Shown here: positions 13,085 to 25,755 of the stretch, piece after piece
Layout of the letters: every line of letters begins with the position of its first letter
Numbering within the stretch: position 1 is the stretch's first letter
Source: Octopus vulgaris
Taxonomy: Eukaryota
Assembly (NCBI GenBank): GCA_951406725.2
Contig: OX597818.1
Coordinates: 7,874,001-7,938,000 of the forward strand
Length of the DNA stretch: 64,000 nucleotides
Reading direction: 5' to 3'
Program-made: the position numbers and the translations under genes
Notes under the pieces: generated by a model
What the model saw: the letters and a program-made list of their open reading frames with translations, nothing else
Databases searched by the model: none
What the model was told of the DNA's origin: nothing

Positions 13085-14366
13085 CGAGGGGCGTTCAATA
13101 AGTAATGCCCCTGACCCACTTCCCATAGCTGTAGAGCAACGAAACTTGGCACGGTTATTAGTCTTTTTCTACATAGGAACCACTCAGAGTTACGCATTTC
13201 TCCCATCGTTTGTTGCGGCTCTGGAGACCGTTTTTGTAGAAGAACCCAACTTTGTCCTCCAACATCAACCTGACTTCAGAAATCAAGGCTGCATCATCTG
13301 GGAAACGCTTTCCTTTCAAAAACAACTTCATGATTGGGAAGAGGTGAAAATCAGGGGCTGCAAGGTCAGGAAAGTAGGTGGGATGGGGAGGAGTTCATAG
13401 CCATACACCTGTGCTTCTGATCTGGCGACACGCGAGTTGTAGACCGGAGCGTTGTCCTGCAGGAGGAGGATGCCTTTGCTGATCTTGCCCCGCATCTTGA
13501 TTTTGATAACTTCTCTTAATTTCATCAAAAGTGAAGCATAATAGTCTCCTGCAATTGTGGTACCCTTTGCCAGGAAATCTGTTATCACTACTCCGTCCTG
13601 GTCCCAGAAGACTGTGAGCATGACCTTGCCAGCGGAGGGCTGCACCCTTGCCTTCTTTGGAGGGGGTGAGTCACGGTGCTTCCACTGCATTGACTGGGCT
13701 TTGGTCTCTGGATCATCGTGATGGACTCAGGTTTCATCCTGTGTAACCAGTCTTTTGAAAAATTTTGACTCATCTTCTTGGCACATCTCCAAATTCACCC
13801 TCGAGCACTCGACGCGTTCTTGCTTCTGGAAAGGAGTGAGCAACCTGGGAATCCATCTGGCAGACACTTTTTGCATATGCAAATGGTCATGAATGATAGT
13901 TTCCACAGACCCGGTACTAATCTTGACCTCATGGGCTATTTGGCGAATAATTATGCGTCGATCTTCCAAAATGGCAGCCTTAACTTGACGGACAGATGCC
14001 TCATCAATGGCAGAAGGGGGCGACCAGATCTGGGAGCTGTTTCCACAGAGTTCCGACCATGTTTGAATTCACGATGCCAGCGTTTTACAAGGTCATATGA
14101 TGGGGCATCATCACCATAAGTTACTTTCATTTCATCAAAAGTCTCCCGTGGTGTGCGTCCTTTCAAATACAAAAACCGGATCACTGCTCGACACTCAACA
14201 GGCTCCATTTCACACTTGACTCGGTTCAAACACCTGTAAATAAGAAACCACAATTAATTCAGAGCTGTAATTTGCCACTTACTCTATAGAGATATAAATG
14301 ATTGCACATGCAAAATTTCAAACAACTGCAAGTGGGTCAGAGGCATTACTTATTGAACGTCCCTCG
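13085..14366 (-). mobile_element. full-length mariner transposon (about 1.28 kb; TIR resembles the irritans/Hsmar2 group)
   Basis: TIR CGAGGGGCGTTCAATAAGTAATGCCCCTGACCCACT at the left and its near-perfect reverse complement ending at 14366. TA on both flanks (13083-84, 14367-68). Confidence 0.95.
13158..14208 (-). pseudogene. mariner DD34D transposase, frameshifted
   Basis: MEPVECRAVIRFL start, WIPRLL motif, TQDET, QDNAP, YFPDLAAPDF and RWEKCV...YVEKD stop, spread over several frames. Confidence 0.92.
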
Positions 14367-14496
14367 TACATGCAGAAATATGCTAAGTATATCTCTGTGT
14401 GCGTGTATGGGTGGTGGCATTTCTGTGTGTGTGTTTCCTTGTGTATGTGCAGATGTAGGTGCATGCGTATGTGTGTATGCGCAAGTGTGTGTGTGT

Positions 14497-14527
<31 letters not shown>

Positions 14528-15272
14528 GAAGTGAGAGAAAGGGTGAGTATAGATTGTGGGCATCTCTTTGTTTAGTATATATAATCACCTCGTCTCTATA
14601 TAGTGTACAATGCGAGATTTGATTGACTGATCCACGTTGTTTGGTTCACGGAGATATTGAGTGTAAAAGAAAGACGCTCATAATTGTGTACGCATGCTGT
14701 GTAGTTTAAAATACAGCGCAGAATAAAATATATCTTCTCTAGTGCAATTTGGCATTGGGTAAACTCGTGTGCTCCTGTATGTGATAAAGCATACTAAGTG
14801 ATATAAATACGTTATATATGGAAATCTCACCTCTCTCTTTCTTTAAACTCTTATTAATAGCTTATAAAATATGCCGCTCCGCGGAAATTTTCCAGAGATA
14901 CACGATCCCACATGAGATACGAACACAAGACTGAAAATATTCTGGTTGATATATCATTTTTGTCTGCGAAGATATATTAAAAGAAAAAGTTTACTGCATT
15001 ATTCCATGCGTAGGATATTGCTTGAAGTATTTTAAACAGTATGATAAATTCAACCACACAAATTTAAATATATATTAAGTATCAGTGGTGGAAGCAGTAT
15101 CATTAATACCAAAAATTAATCTTTATATCTAACTTGAACATGGATGTCTTGCTAGAAGACCGAATACTGCGTTATCAGTCTTGAAGGATCTTCTCATATA
15201 GATACTTGGTGCATAAAAGCACACACATATATCATAGCAAATGAGAATCTTGTGTCGGGGCCCTGGAATTGC

Positions 15273-15549
15273 CGTCTCATGTGATTTCAATCTATTGGAT
15301 ATCATCAGTGGGAGGCGTCCGGTCACCGCATGCCAGTCAAATCTCTCTGCTACGATATATAGAATATTAGCATCTTTTCAGATATTGATGTCGTAAAAAA
15401 CTTGCAGGCTTACTAACATTAATTATTAACAACGGACGCAACATCTGTACCAAAACGAAATCTATATAACCATCTTAACCTAGATATCTTGTGAGAACAC
15501 CAAATACCTCCTACTGATGATTTCCAGTTGAATGAAATCACATGATATG
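15273..15549. ncRNA. inverted pair of hammerhead-like motifs (43-bp imperfect inverted repeat)
   Basis: 15273-15315 (minus) and 15507-15549 (plus) both read CTGATGA-t-stem-loop-t-GAAATCACATGA; 36/43 positions identical. Confidence 0.5.
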
Positions 15550-15611
15550 CTCATAAGAGCCTTCACGTCTGCGATGACCACTTGGCGTGATTTTATACCC
15601 CGAGTGCCTAT

Positions 15612-15672
15612 ATTCTTTTACTTGTTTCAGTCATTTTGACTGCAGTCAAGCTGGAGCACCGCCTTTACTCGA
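15612..15672 (-). mobile_element. SINE family B 3' tail fragment
   Basis: TTACTTGTTTCAGTCATTTTGACTGC...GCTGGAGCACCGCCTTT is the reverse complement of the family B tail. Confidence 0.75.
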
Positions 15673-15856
15673 GTATATAATATACACACGTATAAATATA
15701 TGTCTGTTTGTACGTACATATGTATGTATTCATGTACTATACACACACATATAAACACGCGCATACACAAACACACATACGCGCAAACAAATAGACCATG
15801 CACGAACAGGCACGTGCACCCCTATATATATAAGTAATACTTATCCTCTATACATA

Positions 15857-16208
15857 TGGCTGTTCCGTGAGAACAGACGTTACTGCTATTTCTAATCCCA
15901 GGAGGACGCCCCTGCCAGCTGATTATTGGATGAAATCTACACCCGATAAGATCAGTAACTGTGACACTTGTAGTCGATATATTGTAGGCAGGAGGGAACT
16001 ACAGCTATCTCTAGTAGATGTGTATCCACCACTGAGGATGCAAAAAGGTCGAAACCGTACTCTCTGGTAGTCTCGTGCTTGGAAGATGGTAGGGATTCAC
16101 TCCAATGACTGCAATATATATCAGATGCAGATTCATTGAATAACCAGCTGGGGGAAGCGTCAAGCTGGGGTTAAAATAGCAGTAACGTGTGTTCCTATGG
16201 AACAGCCA
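15857..16208. mobile_element. MITE with long imperfect TIRs (70-110 bp), TA flanks
   Basis: Left TGGCTGTTCCGTGAGAACAGACGTTACTGCTATTT versus right-end reverse complement TGGCTGTTCCATAGGAACACACGTTACTGCTATTT. TA at 15855-56 and 16209-10. Confidence 0.85.
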
Positions 16209-16284
16209 TATTTAAGTGGCGATAAGCATTACCTCTTAGTATAGTTGGAAGCTTCCATCTCTTATAGAGAATGTCTAAATAATT

Positions 16285-16381
<97 letters not shown>

Positions 16382-16392
16382 GTATATATATA

Positions 16393-16560
16393 TTATAAGC
16401 GATCACCGCGCAATAACTAAAGTAAATAGATTAATAATGGGGCATATAAGTCCTCGACGTTAAAAAAAAGTAGGTTTCCCCGTACTTTTTTTCCGTTGAG
16501 GACTTATATGCCCTATTATTAGACTATTTTCTTTAATCCTTGCACGGTGATCTCTTATAA
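16393..16560. mobile_element. foldback/palindromic MITE, 168 bp
   Basis: Two arms of about 80 bp are reverse complements (GGGCATATAAGTCCTC / GAGGACTTATATGCCC; GATCACCG / CGGTGATC) around a short loop. Confidence 0.85.
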
Positions 16561-16809
16561 GCTTTAATCTCATAAAATACTGCTATTATTATTTACAGAA
16601 TTGTAAAAATCGACGCTGCTTATCCAAAACGATCAACTGCCTGCCTGTATGTGCGCGTGTGTATATACACACACACACACACAAATACATACATACATAC
16701 ATACATACATACATACATACATACATACATACATACATACATACATACATACATACATAATATACATACATACATATATAAAAATATATTTATATATATA
16801 TATACGTAC

Positions 16810-16873
<64 letters not shown>

Positions 16874-18639
16874 TGGCACGCGGAAATACAGATATATAAA
16901 TTTATATGTATCTGACTGTTTGTTTTTGAGTGGTTAAAATACAGTCCATCCAATTTATTTCTACTAAACGCTGTTGTGCATTTGATATTCTAGTTGAGTA
17001 TTGGTTGTCTGCGCTGTCTTCGTTTGCTGCCACAGCCAATAGATTTGAATAAGTATTGATGGTGTTTTAAATCAAAGCTGTACTGGACTATAAGTGGAAG
17101 AAGGCTAATTAGGTGTATGGGTCGGACACTGCCTTATTAGCAGGATTCGAGTGGATAACGAGACAATATGATGAGAAATATGACGGAGTGCTGGGCGGTA
17201 AAAATCGCAGATGAATGTGTTTAAAAGGTGGAGGTAGCAGTCGTTATGGAAAGGATTATGTTGTGTCATAGTTGGTGGTGGGGTAATCTTCTTGTTTTTG
17301 GTGTAGGTGGTGGTGGTAGTATTGTTGGTTGTGTTAACTGTGATGGTAATGTTGATGATTATGATCTTCCGATGCTGGAGCTGATGTCACTGGTGGTGGT
17401 GTTGTATGTGCTGCCCTCTGTGATGGTGGTCGTAATGCTGTTTATAATGGTGGTGGTAATTCTTTTACCGATGGCAAGTAGTAGCGCTAGCTGTAATTAT
17501 GGTGGTTCCTTTGGTAATAGTTGCCTGTGATTGTGGTTGTAGATGCTGCAGTGGTTGTCGTATGTGGTGGTAGTGTGTAGTTGTGGTGCACGTGATGATG
17601 GTTGAGGCGGTGGTGGTGGTCTTGGCTGTGGTGGTGGCGGTAGTGTTAATCACAAGTAGACGGTAGTGTTGATAGTCATCCTGGCACGGTAGCGACGATG
17701 TCTGCTGAAGGTCTTAAGAAAGAGAGAGGTGTATCCCTCTATGCGTGCGCGCGCGAGCGCGTGTGTGCATTTTTGCGCGTGTACGCGTGTGTGTATGTTT
17801 GTTTCAATCTTTGCATGTGTTTATATGTGTTTTGGCTTTGACATATTACATTGTCACATCTTAATTAACCAAAGAAACAGTCTGAAGGGGGAAGAAAAAC
17901 AGGGAAAGTGAGAAACTCAACATGAACCGGGAAAATGAATTGGGATTCTGGCCTAATGACGTCATCATTAACTATGTCTTTGGCAAACTAGGAGAATATG
18001 GTTGGGTATGGGGTGTACTCATGCAGGGAATCACGTGTAGGTGATGTGATTTTGACTGGGTGAGGCTAACAGTTTTCAGAAAGTGGGTATGTGCAGTAAT
18101 AGATTTGTTCCTTCGCCCAGTAAGGCCATTGGAATGTTATAGCAGTCACTGGTGACTGATAGCTGAGATTTTCACATATCCCATTTCAGGGCACGTTGCC
18201 TTCCTTCCTTTTCGGACAAAGCACGTGCTTACGTATGCATGCAAGCTTGAATAATATCTGAAACATGCCAAACTTGAACGCACACAAACAAAGAAACAAA
18301 CAAGTAATCAAACACAGAAAACACAGCAACAAAAAAAAATTAAAAGTCAACAAAAGACAAAAAAAAAAAAAGCAAGAGTGAAGGAAATGACATTGCACAA
18401 AAGCCCACACAACTATACCACAAAATAATAACAAAGACACAAACAACAATAATATGTTTTTCCTAATTTTGGCAAAAAGCAAAAAGAAAACAATGGTATT
18501 CATAGAGGCATCCATCGACATATGAAATATACTTATGCAAATATATATTTCTTTATTTCCTTTCTTTTTTTGTATAATGCATTTCGCGAGTGTAACGGTA
18601 TTGGGATATTAAATGTGTTTGTAGGAGTGTTTGTCACTT

Positions 18640-18673
18640 TGTTCCTATACGTATGCGTATGTATGTGTATACA

Positions 18674-18758
<85 letters not shown>

Positions 18759-19143
18759 ATGTATATATATATATGTATGTACATATACAGTATATGTGTA
18801 TATATATATGTCTGTGTGTGTATGTATATATAATTATATATATATATGTATACAACTATGTATATACTACATAGCTATATAGTATATGTATATATATACA
18901 TACATACACACACATGTATATATGTGTTATATGCATGTATATATTATATATCTATTAGATATCATATATTTTATATCTGCATATATGTGTATTTATATGT
19001 ATGTGTATGTATGAATACACACCCACACATACATATGTGTATGCATGTGTATATATCTTTATATATATATATATGTGTGTGTGTGTGTATGTATATATAT
19101 GATATATATTATGTATATATACATATATATACGTGCGTATGAA

Positions 19144-19187
<44 letters not shown>

Positions 19188-19212
19188 CACACACACACAT
19201 ATACATATATAT
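18640..19212. repeat. complex (AT)n/(GT)n/(AC)n low-complexity tract
   Basis: Direct reading. Similar tracts at 16289-16871, 20755-21180, 48900-49280 and 63380-63548. Confidence 0.9.
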
Positions 19213-19483
19213 CAACATGCGGACATACAAACCCATGCACAGAACATTCTATCGTGGTAAAAGGACATTGATGGTGGCGGATACTGCGTTTTCAGCACTA
19301 AGTTTCGATATAATTCGACAACAGAATTTATACTCAGTAAATTGGCGTGAAGCGCCTGAGTTTCCTACTGACATACGTAACCCGAAGGCTATATTCTCTA
19401 GTTAAATAATAATAGTGACTCACTAGGAGACGGTTGGGCATTTCAAATACAGACATGCACTACAGAAAAAGACCAATATATAT

Positions 19484-19766
19484 GTATCACGTGACCGACC
19501 AGTCCAACAGATGAAGTTACACATCGCTGGTCACAATGCGTTCGCATTGTTTTAGCCTTCGAATGACGCCACCCCGCTGGCTAAGCGAGCAGGCCAACAG
19601 AAGAAAGAGTGGGAGAAGGAGTGGTGAAAGAGTACAGCAGGGAGCACCACCCGCTGCCGGAGTCGTGGAAGTTTTAGGTGTTTTAGCTCAATAAACACTC
19701 ACAACGCCTGGTCTGGGAATCGAAACCGCGATCCTACGCCCTAACCACTAGGCCATTGCGCCTCCA
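19484..19766 (-). mobile_element. tRNA-derived SINE family C
   Basis: Minus strand TGGAGGCGCAA, A box TGGCCTAGTGG, B box GTTTCGATTCC only 18 nt downstream (anticodon arm missing), then a GC-richer body. Confidence 0.75.
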
Positions 19767-19948
<182 letters not shown>

Positions 19949-20868
19949 TGTTTGTATATGAGAGTTCGTTTCCGAGCACACGTGTATGAGGTACTGAGTA
20001 ACACAATGAATACATTCTCATTCTAGCTTGAAAAATTGCAAGTTGTGCGTTATGATGTATAACAAAGCAAATAGTCATCTTACTAAACACATTCGAATAC
20101 ATGAATTTGTTTGTATACTATCTATATGAACATCTTCGCCTATGAATACAAAACAGCTTGAAATTTCACTGATTTCTATTCATATGGAAGCACTTCTATC
20201 TGCAAATTCAATTTATGCGTTGGTTCTGTGCGTGTGTGCAAGTGTGTGTGAATGGGTGCGTGTGTGAATATGTGCGTTAGTGAATGTGTGTATGTGTATG
20301 CGCGAACGTGTATACATGTGTGAATTTAAGTGTGCTTGTATGGAATGTTTGTGTTGTTGATATTGGTTCTAGATTTTCGTAACTTATATTTTTCCTATTC
20401 GATAAGGTGCAAAACACCACGAAATTTTTTATACATACATCATGCTACACTCGCACACATGCGTGCTCGCAGATACGTATACACACCCATATAAACACAA
20501 AATCAAACATAAACGTAAACAAATATAGATACATATATAACTTAATGGACGCGTGTTAATATTTTTCAGAATTGTTTTCTTTTTTGTATTATCAATTTAC
20601 TTATACGACTGCAAAAATAAAGCAGTAACAGAAAAAGAAACACGCACATATACACCCACACACTGCCATACAGATATGACAAGAATATAGAATTTTACAA
20701 ACTTATTCCGCAAAGAAAGCGTGTGAGTACATCTATATATAATCATACATACATATCTTTATATAAATGCATGTATGTATGTATGTATGCATGTATGTAT
20801 GAATATAAATATACGCAAACACACACACATATATGTATATATGTATTTAAGTATATATATGTGTGTAC

Positions 20869-20910
<42 letters not shown>

Positions 20911-21069
20911 TTATATATGTGTGTTGCATACATATATATATGAATATATATATATATATATATATATATACGTACACACATATACATATATGTATAAACA
21001 TAGATATATGTATATGTATATGTCTGTATGTATATTTATATATATATATATACATGCGTAGATATATCG

Positions 21070-21122
<53 letters not shown>

Positions 21123-21207
21123 AGTATTTAAATATATGTGTGAGTGTGCATACACACACACACATATACATACTGGCATACATATAAGCATAAAGCTAAA
21201 TAAATAC

Positions 21208-21600
21208 CAGGAGTGGTTGCGTGGTAAATAGCTTCCTTGCCAACCATATGGTTCCGAGTTCAGTCCCACTCCGTGGTACCTTGGGCAAGTGTCTTCTTCT
21301 ATAGCCTCCGGCCGACCGAATCCTTGTGAATGGATTTGGGAAACGGAAGCTGAAAGAAGCCCGTCGTATATACATACATGCATACATATGTATGTATGTA
21401 TCTGTTTGTGTGTCTGTGTTTGTCCTCCCAAAATCGCTGGATCAACGATGCTGGTGTGGTTAGGATAGAGAGGGATTGAATAAGTACTAAGCTTACAAAG
21501 AATAAGTCCAGGCGTCGATTTGCTCGACTAAAGGCGGTGCTCCAGCATGGCTGAAGATCACTGACTGAAACAAATAAAAGAAAAGAAAAGAAAAAAGAGA
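21208..21600 (+). mobile_element. SINE family B, near full length (tRNA head, CORE-like domain, internal microsatellite)
   Basis: A box GTGGTTGCGTGGT, B box GAGTTCAGTCC, CORE-like GTACCTTGGGCAAGTG, tail (AAAAG)n. Confidence 0.85.
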
Positions 21601-21774
21601 ATATTTACATAGGTATATACATATGAATCTACACATATATGTGTGTGTGATTGTGTACATATACATATGTGTGTATACATATATATTGAGAAAAAGCACC
21701 ACATCAAACACTCTATACATATATACATACATAAGCCATCGTATACATGTGTGTAGTGGGGGGTGTCTGAGTGT

Positions 21775-21991
21775 GTTTGTGTGTCTGTGTTTGTACCCCC
21801 AACATCGTTTGACAATCAATGCTGGTGTGTTTACGTCCCTGTAAACTAGCGGTTCGGCCATAAGAGACTGATGGAATAAGTACTAGGCTTACAAAGAATA
21901 AGTCCTATGGTCGATTTACTTGACTAAAAGTGGTGCCCTAGTTTGGCCGTAATCAAATGATAAAAACAAGCAAAAGAATAAAAGAATAAAA

Positions 21992-21995
<4 letters not shown>
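21775..21995 (+). mobile_element. SINE family B 3' half
   Basis: GTGTCTGTGTTTGT...GCTGGTGTGTTTACGTCCC...AATAAGTACTAGGCTTACAAAGAATAAG. Confidence 0.8.
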
Positions 21996-22047
<52 letters not shown>

Positions 22048-22051
<4 letters not shown>

Positions 22052-22200
22052 AGAGTTTACGGAAAAAAAAACAAAAGACGAAGTGAGGTGGTGTACAAAA
22101 CAAACAGATGTATTAGTATAACGCTGAGGAATAGATAAAAGTCTTTTACGTTTCGATCCTACGCTCTTCTACAGAAAGGGACAAAGAAAAAACAAGGAGG
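22048..22200 (-). mobile_element. Penelope-like terminal-repeat fragment with minimal hammerhead-like motif (22143-22178)
   Basis: Minus strand CTTT-CTGTAGA-A-GAGC-gtag-GATC-GAAAC-GTA-AAAG. Downstream TTCCTCAGCG...AATAC is shared with the 53700 element. Confidence 0.55.
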
Positions 22201-22220
22201 TGTAAGTATATTTGTGTATG

Positions 22221-22261
<41 letters not shown>

Positions 22262-22268
22262 GCAAATG

Positions 22269-22309
<41 letters not shown>

Positions 22310-22524
22310 TAAATACCACAAAGCTGGGTCAAATAACAATGTAAATGTTTTCTTGCAGTATTAGTGATGTGCGGCATTTAGATGGAGGAAACACTGATTG
22401 ACTGCCTTGCAGGATTTGTACTTGTCTTGTCAATACTTTACCCGACTTCTTTCTTTATTGTATAGACGGGTTGTTTAAAACTCAGCCATGTGTAGACATG
22501 CATGCATAGATATATGTGTGCGTT

Positions 22525-22580
<56 letters not shown>

Positions 22581-23924
22581 TACATACACACACACACACA
22601 TACACACATATATGTATATATTTGTTACTGACACTCTTATTGTGACGCCTGACGTGCGTTAATTATTTTCAAGGGGGATTCTCGAATATTTTTGGGTTGT
22701 TATGTTTTCTCCTTGTCCCTTCCTATGTTCTCATTTTACTGAACATTCCTCAAGAATCATGAAGCAAATCTTATTCAGTAAGATTGTTTCTCTAAATATC
22801 CTCTCCCAGTAAATTTTAACCAGAAGTGTTTCTTCCTTTTCATGGAAAGCTGGCAGTTTTCCATACATGCAAGTCTCCCATTATCACGCACCAAGTATTG
22901 GGAAGCCTCCAACTTATACCTTTACCGCGTTGCACTCTTGTGCTTGCATAGGTTGCTTTTAGAATGTAGAATCGGAAGATCGTATTTGTGTTAGAATGTA
23001 AAGTGTCGGAACATTGTATCCTATAGTTAAAAAGTTCCGCCCTTCCACCCACTGCATTTATATTTTCAACAACGGAATTGAAAGGAAATTTTACCTTGAC
23101 TAGATTTGAACGCAGAATGCTGATATTCGGAATACATACTGCGTGCCATTCTATACAACGCTCTAATTAAATATTTCTTATTCATATTTTATCATTCAAC
23201 TAGCAAACCTTTGTACTTTTCTCAATTTACGAAGTGTGTAATACAATATGCGCTTCAGCAATTACTTCAGAACATTGTTTGTAATGCAAACGGTGACTTA
23301 ACTCTAAGCTTTGCAACAGAATATATGTGTATATTTGTTCACACTGAACACAATATTTTATATGTATGTGCCTTTTGAATATTCTTGAATAAGTGAAATC
23401 TTGTAAGTCGCTATGCAGATGCAGTCGAATATTGCATAGCCCTAAAGAGAATGAATATGTTACATACTATAAAATGAAATCATAGATTTGTTATCGAATT
23501 ACAATATATACGATTCTTCTTCGGATCTGAAATAATAATATAGAACGAGCCAGTTTCTAGTTTTTCACTAAGCTAAAGGTCAATACCGTTCTACTGCTAA
23601 AATTCTTGAAGACGAGGATTCGGGCACACAAAGGAAAGATCAAATTCAACTAGAAGCTATTCGTATTGTCTAATTTCACATGCATACGTCAGTTGTCCGA
23701 AAACAAGTAGCAGGAAAGTAAGCAACGTGTTATACAAGTCTGTGCGATTACTGTACTATCCAAACATGAAACTGGTAGTAGGACCCATGCAAATAATGGG
23801 CTTATTAAAAGATACAAATCTCTCCCTGGATGGTATACATTCTGTGTTGACCCTACCAAGAACGGAACAACACCATGTGTATGCCTTATGCATACATATA
23901 CACATACATACACACATACATACA

Positions 23925-23955
<31 letters not shown>

Positions 23956-24111
23956 AGCTGTATTTTTACAGTGCAGTATGAAAGAACCAGAATCTGCGTG
24001 GTGAAAAACTACTTCTTTAAAAACGACTTCTATAAAAAACAAAACATAACATGAAAAATTGTGTACAGCATATTTAGTTACACCATCTTACGTACGTTTC
24101 ACTAACATAAG

Positions 24112-24465
24112 GTGACTGTGGAAAGAAGCTTAGTTCTCAACATTATGGTTCCGGTTTCAGTCCCACTGCGTGGCACCTTCGGCAAATGTCTTCTAGTATA
24201 GCCTCGGGCCGCCCAAAATTCTTATCAGTGGATTTAAGAGGGAGGTTGGATGAAGCCCGTCGTGTGTCTTTGTGTCTGTGTTTGTCACGACCGCTTCACA
24301 ACCGGTGTTGATGTGTTTACGTCCTCGTAACTTAGTGGTTCGATAAAACATTGATAGAATAACTACTACGCTTACAAAATAAGTCCTGGAGTCGATTTGC
24401 TTGACTAAAACCCTACTAGACGCTGCTGCAGCTTGGTGGTAGTCAAATGACTGAAACAAGGAAAA
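24112..24465 (+). mobile_element. SINE family B, diverged full copy
   Basis: GGTTTCAGTCCCACTGCGTGGCACCTTCGGCAAATGTCTTC...GTCAAATGACTGAAACAAG. Confidence 0.8.
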
Positions 24466-24679
24466 TTATTAAAAAAAAGCCGATGCAGACTTTGTGGAGT
24501 TAACACTGAAGATATCATCCGCATCATAGTCAGGTGTCCGAAAATGTCATTGCGGTTATATCTACCGATGAGACATGATTTTGTTGCTAGGACACTGTAT
24601 AATGAGAACCGTTAGAAGGGTAACTCTGAAGAAATAAGAACCCACAGAATAATGGAAGACATAGCCACTCAGAATACAA

Positions 24680-24899
24680 GGATTGTGGCAGTATTCACCA
24701 ACTTAAACAGAAGAGTTGCAGGAGATTCCGAAGTCGCCTGGAGACTGTGGTTGAGGCCAATGATGATTTTATTGAATAAATTTTCTCTTAAGTATTTCAA
24801 GATGTTTTTATGTAATTTTGGCAAATATATCTATGAACTTGAGATGTCAGTGTTATTTTCCTTTTTGCGCAATTTAGACAATTTATTCACCGCACCCTG
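24680..24899 (+). mobile_element. Tc1/mariner-superfamily (maT/DD37D-like) 3' end with right TIR
   Basis: Frame reads CRRFRSRLETVVEANDDFIE-stop. Ends ...CACCGCACCCTG followed by TA. Confidence 0.75.
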
Positions 24900-24907
24900 T
24901 ATATACA

Positions 24908-25019
<112 letters not shown>

Positions 25020-25302
25020 TGTGTTTGCGCGCGTGTATTTGTCCTCTCCCATCATTTGATAGTGTAATGTGATAGTTCGGCAAAATAGGGCTGTAGGGTA
25101 AGTACCACGCTTAGATAAATAAAATTAAGTACTCTGTTCGACTTATTCAACGTAAAAAAATTCTCTAAACTCATCCCCCACCATGGCTGAAATAACTAGA
25201 AGATATGTACACATATGCATGCATACATACAAACATATGTATATGCATAAATAAATACATACATAATTATATGCATCTTAGTTAAATAAATATGCATACA
25301 AA

Positions 25303-25461
25303 AGTGGCTGTGTGGTATCTTCCTTACCAACGACATGGTTCCATGTTCAGTCCCACTGCGTGGCACCTTGGGCAAGTGTCTTCTACTATAGCCTCGGGCC
25401 GACCTAAGCCTTGTGAGTGGATTTGGTAGACGGAAACTGAAAGAAGCCCGTCGGATATATG

Positions 25462-25516
<55 letters not shown>

Positions 25517-25755
25517 ACATATGTGTGTGTCTGTGTATGTTTGTGTGTCTGTGTTTGTCCCCCCCCCCAACATCACTTGACAACCGATGGTGGTGTGTTT
25601 CTGTCCCCGTAACTTAGCGGTTCGGCAAAAGGGACCGATAGAATATGTACCAAAATAAATAAATACTGGGGGTTGAATTGTTCGATTAAAAATTCCACAA
25701 GGCGGTGCCCCACGACCGCAGTTCAATAACTGAAGCAAATAAAAAATGATTAAAG
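25303..25755 (+). mobile_element. SINE family B full copy with internal (AT)n
   Basis: GTGGCTGTGTGGTA...CCCACTGCGTGGCACCTTGGGCAAGTGTCTTCTACTATAGCCTCGGGCCGACC. Confidence 0.85.

Noticed and set aside
23610-23957. Open frame of about 115 codons in non-repetitive DNA
   Set aside because: No recognisable domain or convincing splice sites; runs into a (GT)n repeat.
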